Shown here in pieces: positions 1 to 10,739 of a DNA stretch of 64,000 nt. Source of the DNA: Candidatus Spongiisociaceae bacterium (GTDB taxonomy: Bacteria > Actinomycetota > Acidimicrobiia > Spongiisociales > Spongiisociaceae); NCBI GenBank assembly GCA_965262915.1, contig OZ253564.1, forward strand, positions 4,448,001 to 4,512,000, written 5' to 3'. The translations under genes and the position numbers were made by a program. The notes below the pieces were generated by a model. That model had not been told where the DNA came from and made no database searches. It saw nothing but the letters and a program-made list of their open reading frames with translations. Within the stretch, counting starts at the first letter, position 1; each line of letters opens with the position of its first letter.

Positions 1-2
1 TC

Positions 3-209
3 GAAAAGCTCGGCTACACCCAACGCGCTCCCCACCCGACCGACCGCAGGTCCACAAACCTCACCATCACACCAGAAGGGATAGCCTGCGCCCAGCGCAT
101 GGTCCTTGACCGCACCAAAGAAAGAGAACGACGCCTCGCCGTGCTCACCGACGACGAGCGTGCCGCTCTCACCACCACACTCGCAAAGCTCGCCGCAGCG
201 TGGACCTAA
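3..209 (+). CDS. MarR-family regulator, 3' part (runs off window start)
   Basis: Hand translation EKLGYTQRAPHPTDRRSTNLTITPEG...; wing motif PxDRR; paralog of 3535..4071. Confidence 0.8.
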   Translation, partial: EKLGYTQRAPHPTDRRSTNLTITPEGIACAQRMVLDRTKERERRLAVLTDDERAALTTTLAKLAAAWT

Positions 210-492
210 CAACAGGCAAAGCGGACACGAGCACCGCGTCGGCGCTCAGCGAGACAGACAGAACAAACCCCAACGGCCGTAACACTTCCACCAGCGTAAC
301 GCCCGGTAGCGTGGTCTCGCCTGGGACCGGTATTGCAGGTATCCGTCCCATACCTGCAGAAGCGGTCAGACCGCCTTGAGTGGGGTTACTGGATTCGTCT
401 AGAGAACTTCGGCGTTCGCGCTGGCCAACCACGCATCGCTAAACCTTGGTCGCCTCTGCGGGAAGGACAGCTAGACAGCGTGATGGGATCTC

Positions 493-790
493 TCACCACA
501 GCTGGACTCGGGTGACGTAGAGTGTCGCCAGCGTTACCGCGATGGCTGAGATGATTGCTGCCTCCGTCCGTCTCACGGTGATAGCCCGCCAGTAGATCCC
601 AACGTAGAGCAGGTAGACCGCCAGCATCGCTAAGGCCACCCAGACGAGCCGAACCCTGCCGACCTCAAATCCTCCTACCACCAGGGAGAGCAGAATTACG
701 GCTCGGCCCATCCAAATAAGGCAACCGACAGCTTCCTCCCTCGCCGTTTTGGGTTGCTCCCGACGGATCGTTATCTGAATGTCCGTATGC
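493..790 (-). CDS. Small membrane protein, divergent paralog of 2687..3025 (start uncertain)
   Basis: Frame extends upstream of 711 (DIQITIRREQPKTAREEAVGCLIWMGRAVIL), aligning with VSVSWKRRQKPPEEASERALAWLGRFVIL. Confidence 0.6.
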
Positions 791-809
791 CTGTCTTGGT
801 ACAGCTAGG

Positions 810-1724
810 TTGATGCTACCGCCAGCCGCTGGTCTACTCGACCCTAACTACCGATCCGGCCTTGCTAATCCAATGGGAGGAGACCGCACCTCCGCTATGG
901 TTCACCAGATGAGTGCCGGCGACCTTCGGCGGTGGCTCTCGCTGTGCTGGGGGGACATCCGCGATCAGGTCAGGGTCATCGAAGGTGCCCAGTCGGTTGA
1001 CGAGCGTCTCGTCGTTGACGCCCTCGTCGAGATCTCGTCCTCTCTCTATGACGTTCAGCATGTAGGGAGGGCCACGGCCAGTCCGGGGGACGTCCACGTC
1101 ATGGATCAGGTTCTTGCGGCTGTCAGAACATTCAGCGATGCGCTGGCCGAACGGTTTGCTCTGCCGGCGGTGCACATGGCCGCCACAAGCCCACCCTACG
1201 GTCGGCGAGAACCCAAGACGGCGGTGACAGCTCACCTTTGGAAGCCGGTGGGCAGGCTGTGGACGGCTCCGCTCGCTGAACCTGCCAGTGCATGGGCCTT
1301 CTGGGCGAAGGAGACCGGCAACGCCAGGACATGGGATCGTCAGCTCCGATACGAGAGTCCCCCCACAGCGTCGCGTGTCGTCGTCGACTCGCTCGAGAGC
1401 GCCGACGAACTCGTCGGCGCTACCACGTTCGTGGAGGTCGCCCACAATCTGGAAGGCGCTGGCATCGAACGGGTCGACTTCTCCTGGCGATGCGTACTCG
1501 AAGCCGAGTGCAGTGCCCTTCGGGGACAACGAGACGCGACCAGCTACCCGTGTGCGCTGGGAACCGAAAGCTCCATCTGGCTCACAACACCCGTACCGAC
1601 ATCCGAGCGTGAATACGACACCACACCCAACGACCCGCACCCGGAGCCCGACTGGTTCCTCTACCAGTGCCAAGCCCGACGGTTCGAGAACGTGGCCTCG
1701 TCGAACGTTGGTGGGGACGACTGA
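810..1724 (+). CDS. Hypothetical protein
   Basis: 304-aa ORF with protein-like composition; no family recognised. Confidence 0.55.
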   Translation: MMLPPAAGLLDPNYRSGLANPMGGDRTSAMVHQMSAGDLRRWLSLCWGDIRDQVRVIEGAQSVDERLVVDALVEISSSLYDVQHVGRATASPGDVHVMDQVLAAVRTFSDALAERFALPAVHMAATSPPYGRREPKTAVTAHLWKPVGRLWTAPLAEPASAWAFWAKETGNARTWDRQLRYESPPTASRVVVDSLESADELVGATTFVEVAHNLEGAGIERVDFSWRCVLEAECSALRGQRDATSYPCALGTESSIWLTTPVPTSEREYDTTPNDPHPEPDWFLYQCQARRFENVASSNVGGDD

Positions 1725-1812
1725 GTGAGGTACAGCTACGCTTCCATCAAGCGGCTGTCCGGCTCCGATTCATACGAGGCTCACGCTCTGCGACCCTCAT
1801 CGAGGGGGACTC

Positions 1813-1950
1813 TGGAGTTCCCCCCGTGTGCTGGACACTTGGTTTATGCGGCCGTGTGATGGTAGTAGTTGTCCTCCCATTCGTTTGGTGGCTGTTGTCC
1901 GATCGTGGAATGAAGCCGGCGGGGGTTATACCAGACTTCGATCCAGTACC
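1813..1950 (-). mobile_element. IS3-family right-end remnant
   Basis: Minus strand encodes WIEVWYNPRRLHSTIGQQPPNEWE..* (OrfB C-terminus), followed by IR ...GTGTCCAGCACACGGGGGGAACTCCA. Confidence 0.8.
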
Positions 1951-2117
1951 GGATCGATAGGCGGGCGTGGTGACCAGGTTCAAGGGGTGGTGGGGACGGC
2001 TGCCACTACTGGGTGCACGGTGGGCAGGTCTTCCCTGCCTAGAGCGTCATCGCTTGACCCGAGCCTCGGTAAGGGATAGGCTACCGCTTAGCAATCGTCT
2101 AGGGAGGGAGGGTGCGT

Positions 2118-2690
2118 ATGTTCGGGAATCGGCGACTACCAAAGGTATGGAGGGTCACCGCGACCGTGGCTGTCCTGGTCGCCCTCGTGGTGGTGTCTTC
2201 GCCGGCCGGGGCGGCGACACCCGGCACGGAGGTGCCTCTGTTCGAGGAGCTGGTGTTCGACCCGGTAGAGGCCCGCGTCACTGTGAGAGCACCGTCAGCA
2301 GCGGACGGTACGGCAGCGGACGGCGCCACCATCTGCAGCGAGGTACACGCCTGGGTGACAGCCAGGACGCCGTGGCCGTTGCACAACATCGTCTACCGGT
2401 ACAACCATGTGGTGGGTTGGTGCTGGGATGGCGAGACGGTCACCGACATCGAAGAAGACCGCGACTGGCTCAGCCACGTCGACTCCACGTACCGCTGGGA
2501 GGGAACGGAGGAGGAAGCCAAGCGTTACTACCGTTGGGGCGGCGTTTCGCGGGGACGGTACAGGTCGTATATGCAGGGCCTGGTCCAACAATGCATACAC
2601 AGCGATTGGGCCTGCCTCAACTTCTACCCGTGGATCACGATCAACGTGTACGCCGACGGAGACAGCGACTACGACGGAGACGCCGGATGA
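2118..2690 (+). CDS. Secreted protein with four Cys
   Basis: GGAGGG RBS; signal peptide ending SPAGA-A; WCWDG and CIHSDWACLNFYPWI motifs. Confidence 0.75.
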   Translation: MFGNRRLPKVWRVTATVAVLVALVVVSSPAGAATPGTEVPLFEELVFDPVEARVTVRAPSAADGTAADGATICSEVHAWVTARTPWPLHNIVYRYNHVVGWCWDGETVTDIEEDRDWLSHVDSTYRWEGTEEEAKRYYRWGGVSRGRYRSYMQGLVQQCIHSDWACLNFYPWITINVYADGDSDYDGDAG

Positions 2691-3025
2691 GCGCAAAGGT
2701 TTCGGTGAGCTGGAAACGGCGGCAGAAACCGCCCGAGGAGGCCAGCGAGCGGGCCCTGGCCTGGCTGGGCCGCTTCGTAATCCTCACCTCGTTCCCAGTC
2801 GCTGCCCTCGAGGAAACACTGTTCGGGTTCCCGGCGCTAGCCATCATGATGCTGGTGCTCTACGCCAGCTACGTGGTTTTCTGGTGGAAGGCTCTCGGCC
2901 CGCGGCGACCCGAGATGGCGGCCCTCGCCGTGATCGCTGTGGCGCTAACCGTCCTGTACGTCGCCGCCGTGGTGGGTTTGTGGGGAAACGGACCCGACAC
3001 CGGGTTCACCGTAGAACAGTGGTAG
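2687..3025 (+). CDS. Small membrane protein (about 3 TM)
   Basis: ATGA overlap with upstream gene; hydrophobic segments; paralogs nearby. Confidence 0.75.
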   Translation: MSAKVSVSWKRRQKPPEEASERALAWLGRFVILTSFPVAALEETLFGFPALAIMMLVLYASYVVFWWKALGPRRPEMAALAVIAVALTVLYVAAVVGLWGNGPDTGFTVEQW

Positions 3026-3204
3026 ACGAAACCAGGCCGAGTAGAACAGGCGGGGAGGCCCGCCTCTACGTAGGGCGCAGGATTCACGAGTGGGAACAAA
3101 TCCTCCCCGGATCCGGATTCGACCGGATCGAGGCGGCCGCGCTCGTCACCCAGACACGCCGGCTCGAATACTCCGGTACCGTCCGAGGGCCCTGCGATGT
3201 TTGA
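3019..3204 (+). pseudogene. Truncated MarR N-terminus
   Basis: RIHEWEQILPGSGFDRIEAAA matches KIRQWEQILPGAGFDRIEAAA of 3535..4071, then diverges and stops. Confidence 0.7.
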
Positions 3205-3241
3205 CAACGCAGGCGACCGATTAGGGACTGCTACCCACCCC

Positions 3242-3538
3242 ATGCATGTTTCGGTGAGTTGGAAACGTCGGCACAAACCCCCCGAAGAGGCCGTAGAGCG
3301 GGCCCTGGCCTGGCTGGGCCGGTTTGTCATCCTCGCCTCGTTCCCCGTCGCTGCTTTCGATAACACACTGTTCGGTTCACCGCTGCTAACGCTTGTGATG
3401 CTGGCGCTCTACGTCGGTTATGTGGTCGTCTGGTGGCCCGCCCTCACACGCCGTGCCGAGGTGGCCGCCCTGGCCGCCGGTGGCCTGGCGTTAGCCGCCC
3501 TGTATATGGGAGCAGCGATCCCGCTGTGGGGCGCTTGA
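3242..3538 (+). CDS. Small membrane protein, paralog of 2687..3025
   Basis: MHVSVSWKRRHKPPEEAVERALAWLGRFVIL nearly identical to the paralog N-terminus. Confidence 0.7.
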   Translation: MHVSVSWKRRHKPPEEAVERALAWLGRFVILASFPVAAFDNTLFGSPLLTLVMLALYVGYVVVWWPALTRRAEVAALAAGGLALAALYMGAAIPLWGA

Positions 3539-4071
3539 GCACAGGCGTGGGGGGATACCCGACGTCGGGTATCCCCCCACGCGACCCTACGAAGTGGAAG
3601 ATACGGCAATGGGAACAGATACTGCCCGGCGCCGGTTTCGACCGTATCGAAGCGGCAGCACGGATCCTCGACTGCGCCAGCGGCCTGGCCGCGGCGATGG
3701 ACCGGATCGCCCGAGCCGAAAACCTCGCCAACCAGGACGATTACCAGGTCCTCTCGCTCCTCCGGATCGCCCAGCACACCGGACAGCAGCTGACCGTTAC
3801 CAACATAGCAACCGCGCTCGAGACGACCACTGCTGCGACCGCACTGAGACTCAACCGGCTCGAAGCCCGAGGCTACGCACGGCGCAGCCAACACCCGACC
3901 GACCGCCGATCCGTCCACGTCACGATCACCGCAGACGGAGCCGCCAGCGTCGAACGCATAATCACGACCCGCACACACCAACGCGAACAGTGGCTCGCTG
4001 CCCTCACCCACCAGGAACGCAGCACCCTCACCGCGCTGCTAACCAAACTCGGGAGGCACTCACGTATATAA
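3535..4071 (+). CDS. MarR-family transcriptional regulator
   Basis: wHTH LTVTNIATAL...RLNRLEARGYARRSQHPTDRRSVHVTIT; TTGA overlap start inferred. Confidence 0.8.
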   Translation: MSTGVGGYPTSGIPPRDPTKWKIRQWEQILPGAGFDRIEAAARILDCASGLAAAMDRIARAENLANQDDYQVLSLLRIAQHTGQQLTVTNIATALETTTAATALRLNRLEARGYARRSQHPTDRRSVHVTITADGAASVERIITTRTHQREQWLAALTHQERSTLTALLTKLGRHSRI

Positions 4072-4110
4072 CCCCCAGATTAATGGCTCTCATTCGGCCG
4101 CTGAGCGTCC

Positions 4111-4456
4111 TCAGCGGCTATTCCTGGTGCGGTAGCCGTCCCAGTCGTCCGGGTCTCCCTCTGGGCAGAGGAATAGGTAGGCAGCCACCGCGACTTCAAA
4201 CAGAGAGCCTGAGAGGCCGTAATCGCCGAATGGGTCTAGAACACGATCCCACCCCGCCGCCATTGTCTCAGTAGTATTCCACTCCGGCCTATACGGGTTA
4301 GATACAAGGTTACTGGCCTCCACATAGGCGGCCAAACAGTAATCCCACCACACATTTACCGCCTCTCGTGCCCCGTCGTGGAGCTCCGAGTTAGCATGTA
4401 CCAGCTCGTTAGTGCGCTCGTCGGGTACGCCGAGGACGAGAGCCGCGGCGTTTAAG
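4111..4456 (-). pseudogene. 3' remnant of a hypothetical gene truncated by ISL3
   Basis: Protein-like frame begins exactly at the ISL3 left end (4457). Confidence 0.5.
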
Positions 4457-4907
4457 GGCTCTTCGGAAATGAGTGGGGAGTCGGGGATCTGCCAGGGGGA
4501 GTGGTAATCCACCAGAAGTGATGGGGGGTCCTCCATAATCGGGTGCTGAGAAAAGACATCCGAGGCAGGAGGACCCCTGTGGAAGCTGATCCCTGCGCGC
4601 ATGTGCGAGTTGTTGGTAGGCCTGGGCGACGTTGATCTGGTAGGGATCAACGACTCGGGCGATGGTGCACCGCTTGGGGTGGTGATCCGTTCCCGCAAGC
4701 CCCGCCCGTTGTGTGAGTCCTGTGGCGGCCCGGTGTGGTCCAAGGGTCACAGAACGGTTGTGTTGGTGGATCTACCGGCGTTCGGCCGTCCGGTTCGGCT
4801 GCGGTGGCGGAAACGCCGCTGGACGTGCCCGAACCCCGACTGTGAGATCAGATCGTTCATCGAACAAGACCCCACGATTGGTCCCCAACGGGCGTCGTTG
4901 ACATCGA
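4457..4907 (+). mobile_element. ISL3 copy 1, left end and 5' transposase, truncated by Tn3 end
   Basis: IRL GGCTCTTCGGAAATGAGTGGGGAGT; zinc-finger N-terminus near-identical to 7510..8808. Confidence 0.9.
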
Positions 4908-5475
4908 GGGGTTAGCGGAATATTTGGACGAGATGGTGCGGTTTCAGGGGGTTCTTAGGGGTCGTAGTTGGCCTGGGGGTGGTGGGGTTGGGTTGGTGAA
5001 GTCGTATCGTCCGTAGAAGTTGATGTGTTTGTGGATAGCTGGGGAGAGATGAGCTAGGTGCTGGTCGGGGATCTCGGTTCCTGTTTGGGTGAGGTATTGG
5101 ATGGCGGCTTCGGTGTAGACGGTGTTCCAGGTGATGATGGCGTTGGTGAGGAGGGTGATGCATTCGCCTTGGAGGTCTTGGTCTTCGGTACGTCGCCTTC
5201 GCAGTTCCCCCTGGTTAGCGAAGACGAGTTGCCGGCGGAGCGCGTGGAGGGTTTCGCCTTTGTTGAGCTGGCGGTGGATGCGTCTGCGGTGTTGCTCGTC
5301 GTGGAGGTAGCGAAGCAGGGAGATGGTTTTGATGATCCGCCCGTATTCTTGGATGGCTCGTGTGAGCTGGTTTTGGCGGGCGGCGGCTTGGAGGCGTGAG
5401 ACGAGCAGCGACGCTGGGAGGTGGCCGTGTCGGATGGTTGCGGCGACTCTGAGCATGGTGTCCCAGTGGTCTGTG
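4908..5475 (-). mobile_element. tnpA: Tn3-family transposase 3' fragment with terminal IR
   Basis: EYGRIIKT...QLNKGE..HALRR...NAIITWNTVY...SPAIHKHINFYGRY; GGGG-starting IR at 4908. Confidence 0.88.
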
Positions 5476-6759
<1,284 letters not shown>

Positions 6760-6763
<4 letters not shown>

Positions 6764-6987
6764 CTCGAGTAGCGTTCGGCGCGTACCGCGTCGGCTGCCG
6801 TCTCCTGCAGAGCGCGGCGTTCGAACGCCGCGACCCGCTCGACCAACTCCCGCCTGGTTGGCTGCCGCATCGCGCGGCGCAGTTCGCCCAGCGCGTATTC
6901 GGACAGCGATTTGCCCTCAAGCGCAGCTCGGGCCTTGATCCGGCGGTGTAATTCGTCGGGAATATCGCGGATTTGCAGTGTACGCAT
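6760..6987 (-). CDS. vapB: VapB/FitA-like RHH antitoxin
   Basis: MRTLQIRDIPDELHRRIKARAALEGKSLSEY; 4-bp overlap with vapC. Confidence 0.88.
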
Positions 6988-7509
6988 CGGTTTAGCATAG
7001 AGACGTGTGAAACACATGTCAATCGGCCACTACCCGGAGGGGCTACCAGGCCGTCGTTTGTGCAATCCGGCGGGTTCATGGCATTGGATACCGAAGCCCA
7101 TTTCGCTGGCCATTCTGGGCCAGCTCTTGTAATCCATGGTAGGGCGAATCGGGGCGACCACGGCTTAGAACGGAGAAGGAGCAGCCATAGCGGACAGCGG
7201 CGGCGACCGACGTAGCCAGCGCCACAGAGCCGAACACGATCGCCGTCGCCCACAACAGTTCGGCCTCCCGAAAATGGTCTCTCAGTTTCATCGCCGCCCC
7301 GGTGACGGCCGTTACGGACAGGAGATCTCGACTGTTACCCCCAGGGTCACACTGATCCCCACGACGGCGGCGGCTACGGCCTGAATCTGGCTCTTCGGAA
7401 ATGAGTGGGGAGTAGGGGATCTGCCAGGGGGAGTTGGAATCCACCAGAAGTGAGGAGGGGTCCTCCATAATCGGGTGTTGGTAATGACATCCGAGGCAGG
7501 AGGACCCCT

Positions 7510-8808
7510 GTGGAAGCTGATCCTACGCGCATGTGCGAGAAGTTGGTAGGCCTAGGTGAGGTTGATCTGGTAGGGATCAACGACCCGGGCGAGGAGGCAC
7601 CGTTGGAGGTGGTGATCCGGTCCCGCAAGCCCCGGCCGTTGTGTGAGTCCTGTGGCGGGTCGGTGTGGTCGAAGGGCTATCGGACGGTTGTGTTGGTGGA
7701 TTTACCGGCGTTCGGCCGGCCTGTGCGGCTGCGGTGGCGGAAACGGCGCTGGACATGTCCGAACCCCGACTGTGCGCTCAGATCGTTCATCGAACAAGAC
7801 CCCAAGATTGGTCCCCAACGGGCGTTGTTGACATCCCGAGCGGCCCGGTGGGTGACCATCCAGGTGGGTGGGCGGGGCCGTTCGGTCGACGAGGTCGCCG
7901 CAGAACTTGGTTGTGATTGGCATACGGTGAACAAAGAGGTTGGCCGCTGGGGCGAAGCGCTGCTGGAAGCAGACACCGATCGGGTCGGGACCGTCGAAGC
8001 TGTGGGAGTGGACGAGACGTTGTTCTGGCGTCGGGGCCGTTGGCGTACCAAAGTCTGGTGCACCTCTGTCGTCGACGTTGGCGGCCACCAGCTGATCGAC
8101 ATAGTCCCTGGTAGAACAGCAGAAAGCGCCGCAGCCTGGTTCCGGTCACAACCCACCGAATGGTGTGAGGCTATCCGCTGGGCGGTGTTGGACATGTCCG
8201 GTTCGTATCGGAAGGCGTATGACAGGGTGCTGCCGCACGCGCTGCAGGTAGCGGACCCGTTCCACGTCATCCGCCTCGCCAACCAGCGTCTCGACGAGGT
8301 ACGACGAAGAGTCCAAAACGAAACCCTCGGGCATCGAGGCCGCAAGGATGACCCGCTGTATCGGATACGGCGGCTCCTAACCGCTGCGCATGAGAGGATC
8401 AGCGACCGGGGTCAAATACGGCTGCGTGGTCTCCTCGATGCTGGTGACCCCTACGGGGAAGTGCGCACAGCCTGGCACGCGAAAGAGACGGTACGAGGCA
8501 TCTACGGGATCGAGAGTCCGGTCCTTGCTCTCCGATACACCCTCCAGCTCGCAGACGACCTCCAACACGAATCCTGCCCACCCGAGATCAACAAGCTGGG
8601 TCGTACCATCGCCCGCTGGACCCCCCAGATCACCAACTGGCACATCTCGAAGGTAACCAACGGACCCACCGAAGCCCTCAACAACCTCATCAAACGGATC
8701 AAACGAGCAGCGTTCGGGTTCCGCAACTTCGCGAACTACCGAATCCGCGCCCTTCTCTACGCGGGGAAACCCAACTGGGACCTACTCCCATCGGTCACTC
8801 CCCACTGA
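7510..8808 (+). CDS. ISL3-family transposase (intact ORF)
   Basis: Zn finger, GVDET, DMS, ADPFHVI, TNGPTEALNNLIKRIKRAAFGFRNF. Confidence 0.95.
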   Translation: MEADPTRMCEKLVGLGEVDLVGINDPGEEAPLEVVIRSRKPRPLCESCGGSVWSKGYRTVVLVDLPAFGRPVRLRWRKRRWTCPNPDCALRSFIEQDPKIGPQRALLTSRAARWVTIQVGGRGRSVDEVAAELGCDWHTVNKEVGRWGEALLEADTDRVGTVEAVGVDETLFWRRGRWRTKVWCTSVVDVGGHQLIDIVPGRTAESAAAWFRSQPTEWCEAIRWAVLDMSGSYRKAYDRVLPHALQVADPFHVIRLANQRLDEVRRRVQNETLGHRGRKDDPLYRIRRLLTAAHERISDRGQIRLRGLLDAGDPYGEVRTAWHAKETVRGIYGIESPVLALRYTLQLADDLQHESCPPEINKLGRTIARWTPQITNWHISKVTNGPTEALNNLIKRIKRAAFGFRNFANYRIRALLYAGKPNWDLLPSVTPH

Positions 8809-8824
8809 AATCCACTCATACTTA

Positions 8825-9005
8825 GAAGGTTCCTGGGCTAGGGCGGGTCTGACCCAACTGAAATCTGGCCTTGTGCCTTTTCATCGATCTGTCGGCCCGT
8901 TCCCGGCCTAGGGCGTAACCCCCTGACCCGGGGCGGATGTGACCTAATAGGAGCCTTCAACTTCTCCACCGTGAGTGGCCTGTCCAACCGCACACGGGTC
9001 CGGGA
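8825..9005 (+). ncRNA. Predicted bridge RNA of IS110-A (ends approximate)
   Basis: LTG ACTGAAATC 8857-65, RTG TCATCG 8881-86, LDG ATAGGAGC 8947-54, RDG TGAGTG 8972-77, within two stem-closed loops. Confidence 0.85.
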
Positions 9006-9042
9006 TCATAAGTGAGTCTATCCCCTAGAGGAGAAGAGCATC

Positions 9043-10272
9043 ATGGGAGAAGCAGACCAGATTATCTACGGTGGGGTTGACACCCATCGGGACGTCCACG
9101 TAGCAGCGGTGGTGGATGGCGTCGGGCGGGTACTGGGATCGGAGTCTTTCGCGGTGGAGGAATCCGGTTATCGGCGAATGGTCACCTGGTTCGAGTCGCG
9201 GGGACAGTTGGTTCGGGTTGGGGTGGAAGGAACGGGTAGTTACGGCGCCGGCCTGGCCCGTTACCTGACCGAGATGAACATCGAGGTGGTGGAGGTCAAC
9301 CGCCCCAACCGCCAACTACGCCGCCAGAAGGGCGGCAAGACCGACAGCGTCGACGCCGAGGCGGCAGCTCGGGCAGCTGCCTCGGGCGAAGCAACCGCGG
9401 TTCCCAAGTCCGGTGTGGGCCCGGTCGAGTGCATACGGATGCTGTGGGTGGTGCGCCGCTCCGCGGTCAAGGCCCGCACCCAGGCCGCTAACCAGATACA
9501 TGCGCTGGTCGTAACAGCTCCCGAGCCGCTAAAACACCAGCTAAAGGGCATGAATCTCAAAGCACGGGTCAAAACCTGTGCCCGGTTCCGACCCGGCACA
9601 GACCACACCACCACCGCGTATGCGAAGCGTGCCCTACAGCATTTGGCCCGCCGGTATCAGGCCCTCGACGTAGAGATCGCCCAACTCGAAGCCGAGATCC
9701 GGCGTCTCTGCGCCCAGGCCAACCCGGCCCTGCTGGCCACAGAAGGTGTCGGTCCTGACACAGCCGCCGCGTTGTTGGTCGCCGCCGGCGACAACCCCAA
9801 GCGAATGAAATCGGAACGGTCTTTCGCGGCGCTGTGCGGCGCCAGCCCCGTCCAGGCGTCATCAGGACGAACCCTTCGGCATCGTCTCAACCGGGGCGGC
9901 AACCGCCAAGCCAACAACGCGCTATGGCGGATCGCTACCACCCGGATGCGCACCGACGCCGCCACCAAAGCCTACGTGGCACGACGCAAGGCCGAGGGCA
10001 AGAAGAAAAAGGAGATCATCCGCTGCCTCAAGCGGCACATCGCCCGAGAAATCTACCGGCTCCTCACCAACCCGCACCCAACCCCGAACTGCGCCCGCCT
10101 ACGCACCCGACGCCAACAACGCGGCATCACCCTCACCCAGACCGCCCAAGCCGTCGGAACCCACCCCAATCGCATCTCAGCACTCGAACACGGCCGAGAC
10201 CACAACCACCACCTCGCCACCCGATACCAGAACTGGCTGCACACCCACCAAACCGCCCCATCATCGATTTGA
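9043..10272 (+). CDS. IS110 DEDD recombinase with C-terminal XRE-like HTH
   Basis: GGVDTH, VGVEGTG, GKTDSVDA, PVQASSG, HRLNRGGNRQAN; tail RLRTRRQQRGITLTQTAQAVGTHPNRISALEHG. Confidence 0.95.
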   Translation: MGEADQIIYGGVDTHRDVHVAAVVDGVGRVLGSESFAVEESGYRRMVTWFESRGQLVRVGVEGTGSYGAGLARYLTEMNIEVVEVNRPNRQLRRQKGGKTDSVDAEAAARAAASGEATAVPKSGVGPVECIRMLWVVRRSAVKARTQAANQIHALVVTAPEPLKHQLKGMNLKARVKTCARFRPGTDHTTTAYAKRALQHLARRYQALDVEIAQLEAEIRRLCAQANPALLATEGVGPDTAAALLVAAGDNPKRMKSERSFAALCGASPVQASSGRTLRHRLNRGGNRQANNALWRIATTRMRTDAATKAYVARRKAEGKKKKEIIRCLKRHIAREIYRLLTNPHPTPNCARLRTRRQQRGITLTQTAQAVGTHPNRISALEHGRDHNHHLATRYQNWLHTHQTAPSSI

Positions 10273-10739
10273 CAACCATAGGAGCATCGATGAGCCCTGA
10301 ATCTGCGTCCTCGTGGATCCCTCCGGGCGGTTCGCTGAGTAGGCCAACATACACAGCCCGCGCCAAGGCGCCACGCCACATGGGGAGACCTAGGCGAGGT
10401 GTTTTGGTACAGTGGGTGTCGTTGTGTTGTAGACAAGAAACTATGATACGGGATGGATACTCCGCTCGGGTCAGGGTTGCGAGCCTCTGCCTAAAGGACT
10501 ACTCTCCCGAAGATATAGGGCCACGGTGAGCCCGGCAGCCAGCCGAGGTACTCCCCCCAAACCCGGGTGTAGAAATCCGTCTGGCCCATCTGTCTTCTAA
10601 CCATCTTGGTTTCTATTTTTGGACCGGGAGACGTGGCCATGGCCGCCCTCCCGGTTTCTATTGTCCGGAGGGCGGTACCCCATCACGGACCGAGAGGGTG
10701 CCCGCGTGGTTGTTCGTGATCCCGGTAGGAGCCTCTCAG

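Larger units (their letters stand above)
8814..10288 (+). mobile_element. IS110-family element A in ISL3 IRR
   Basis: Ends ACTCATACT... and ...TTGACAACCATAGGAGCATC; removing it restores the ISL3 IRR. Confidence 0.95.
7389..10296 (+). mobile_element. ISL3 copy 2, complete, IRR split by IS110-A
   Basis: 8-bp TSD CTGAATCT at 7381-7388 and 10297-10304; IRR ACTCCCCACTGAAATCC|GATGAGCC. Confidence 0.95.

Noticed and set aside
1967-3025. 352-aa ORF as one gene
   Set aside because: The first 240 aa are a shadow frame of 2118-2690; only 2687-3025 is protein-like.
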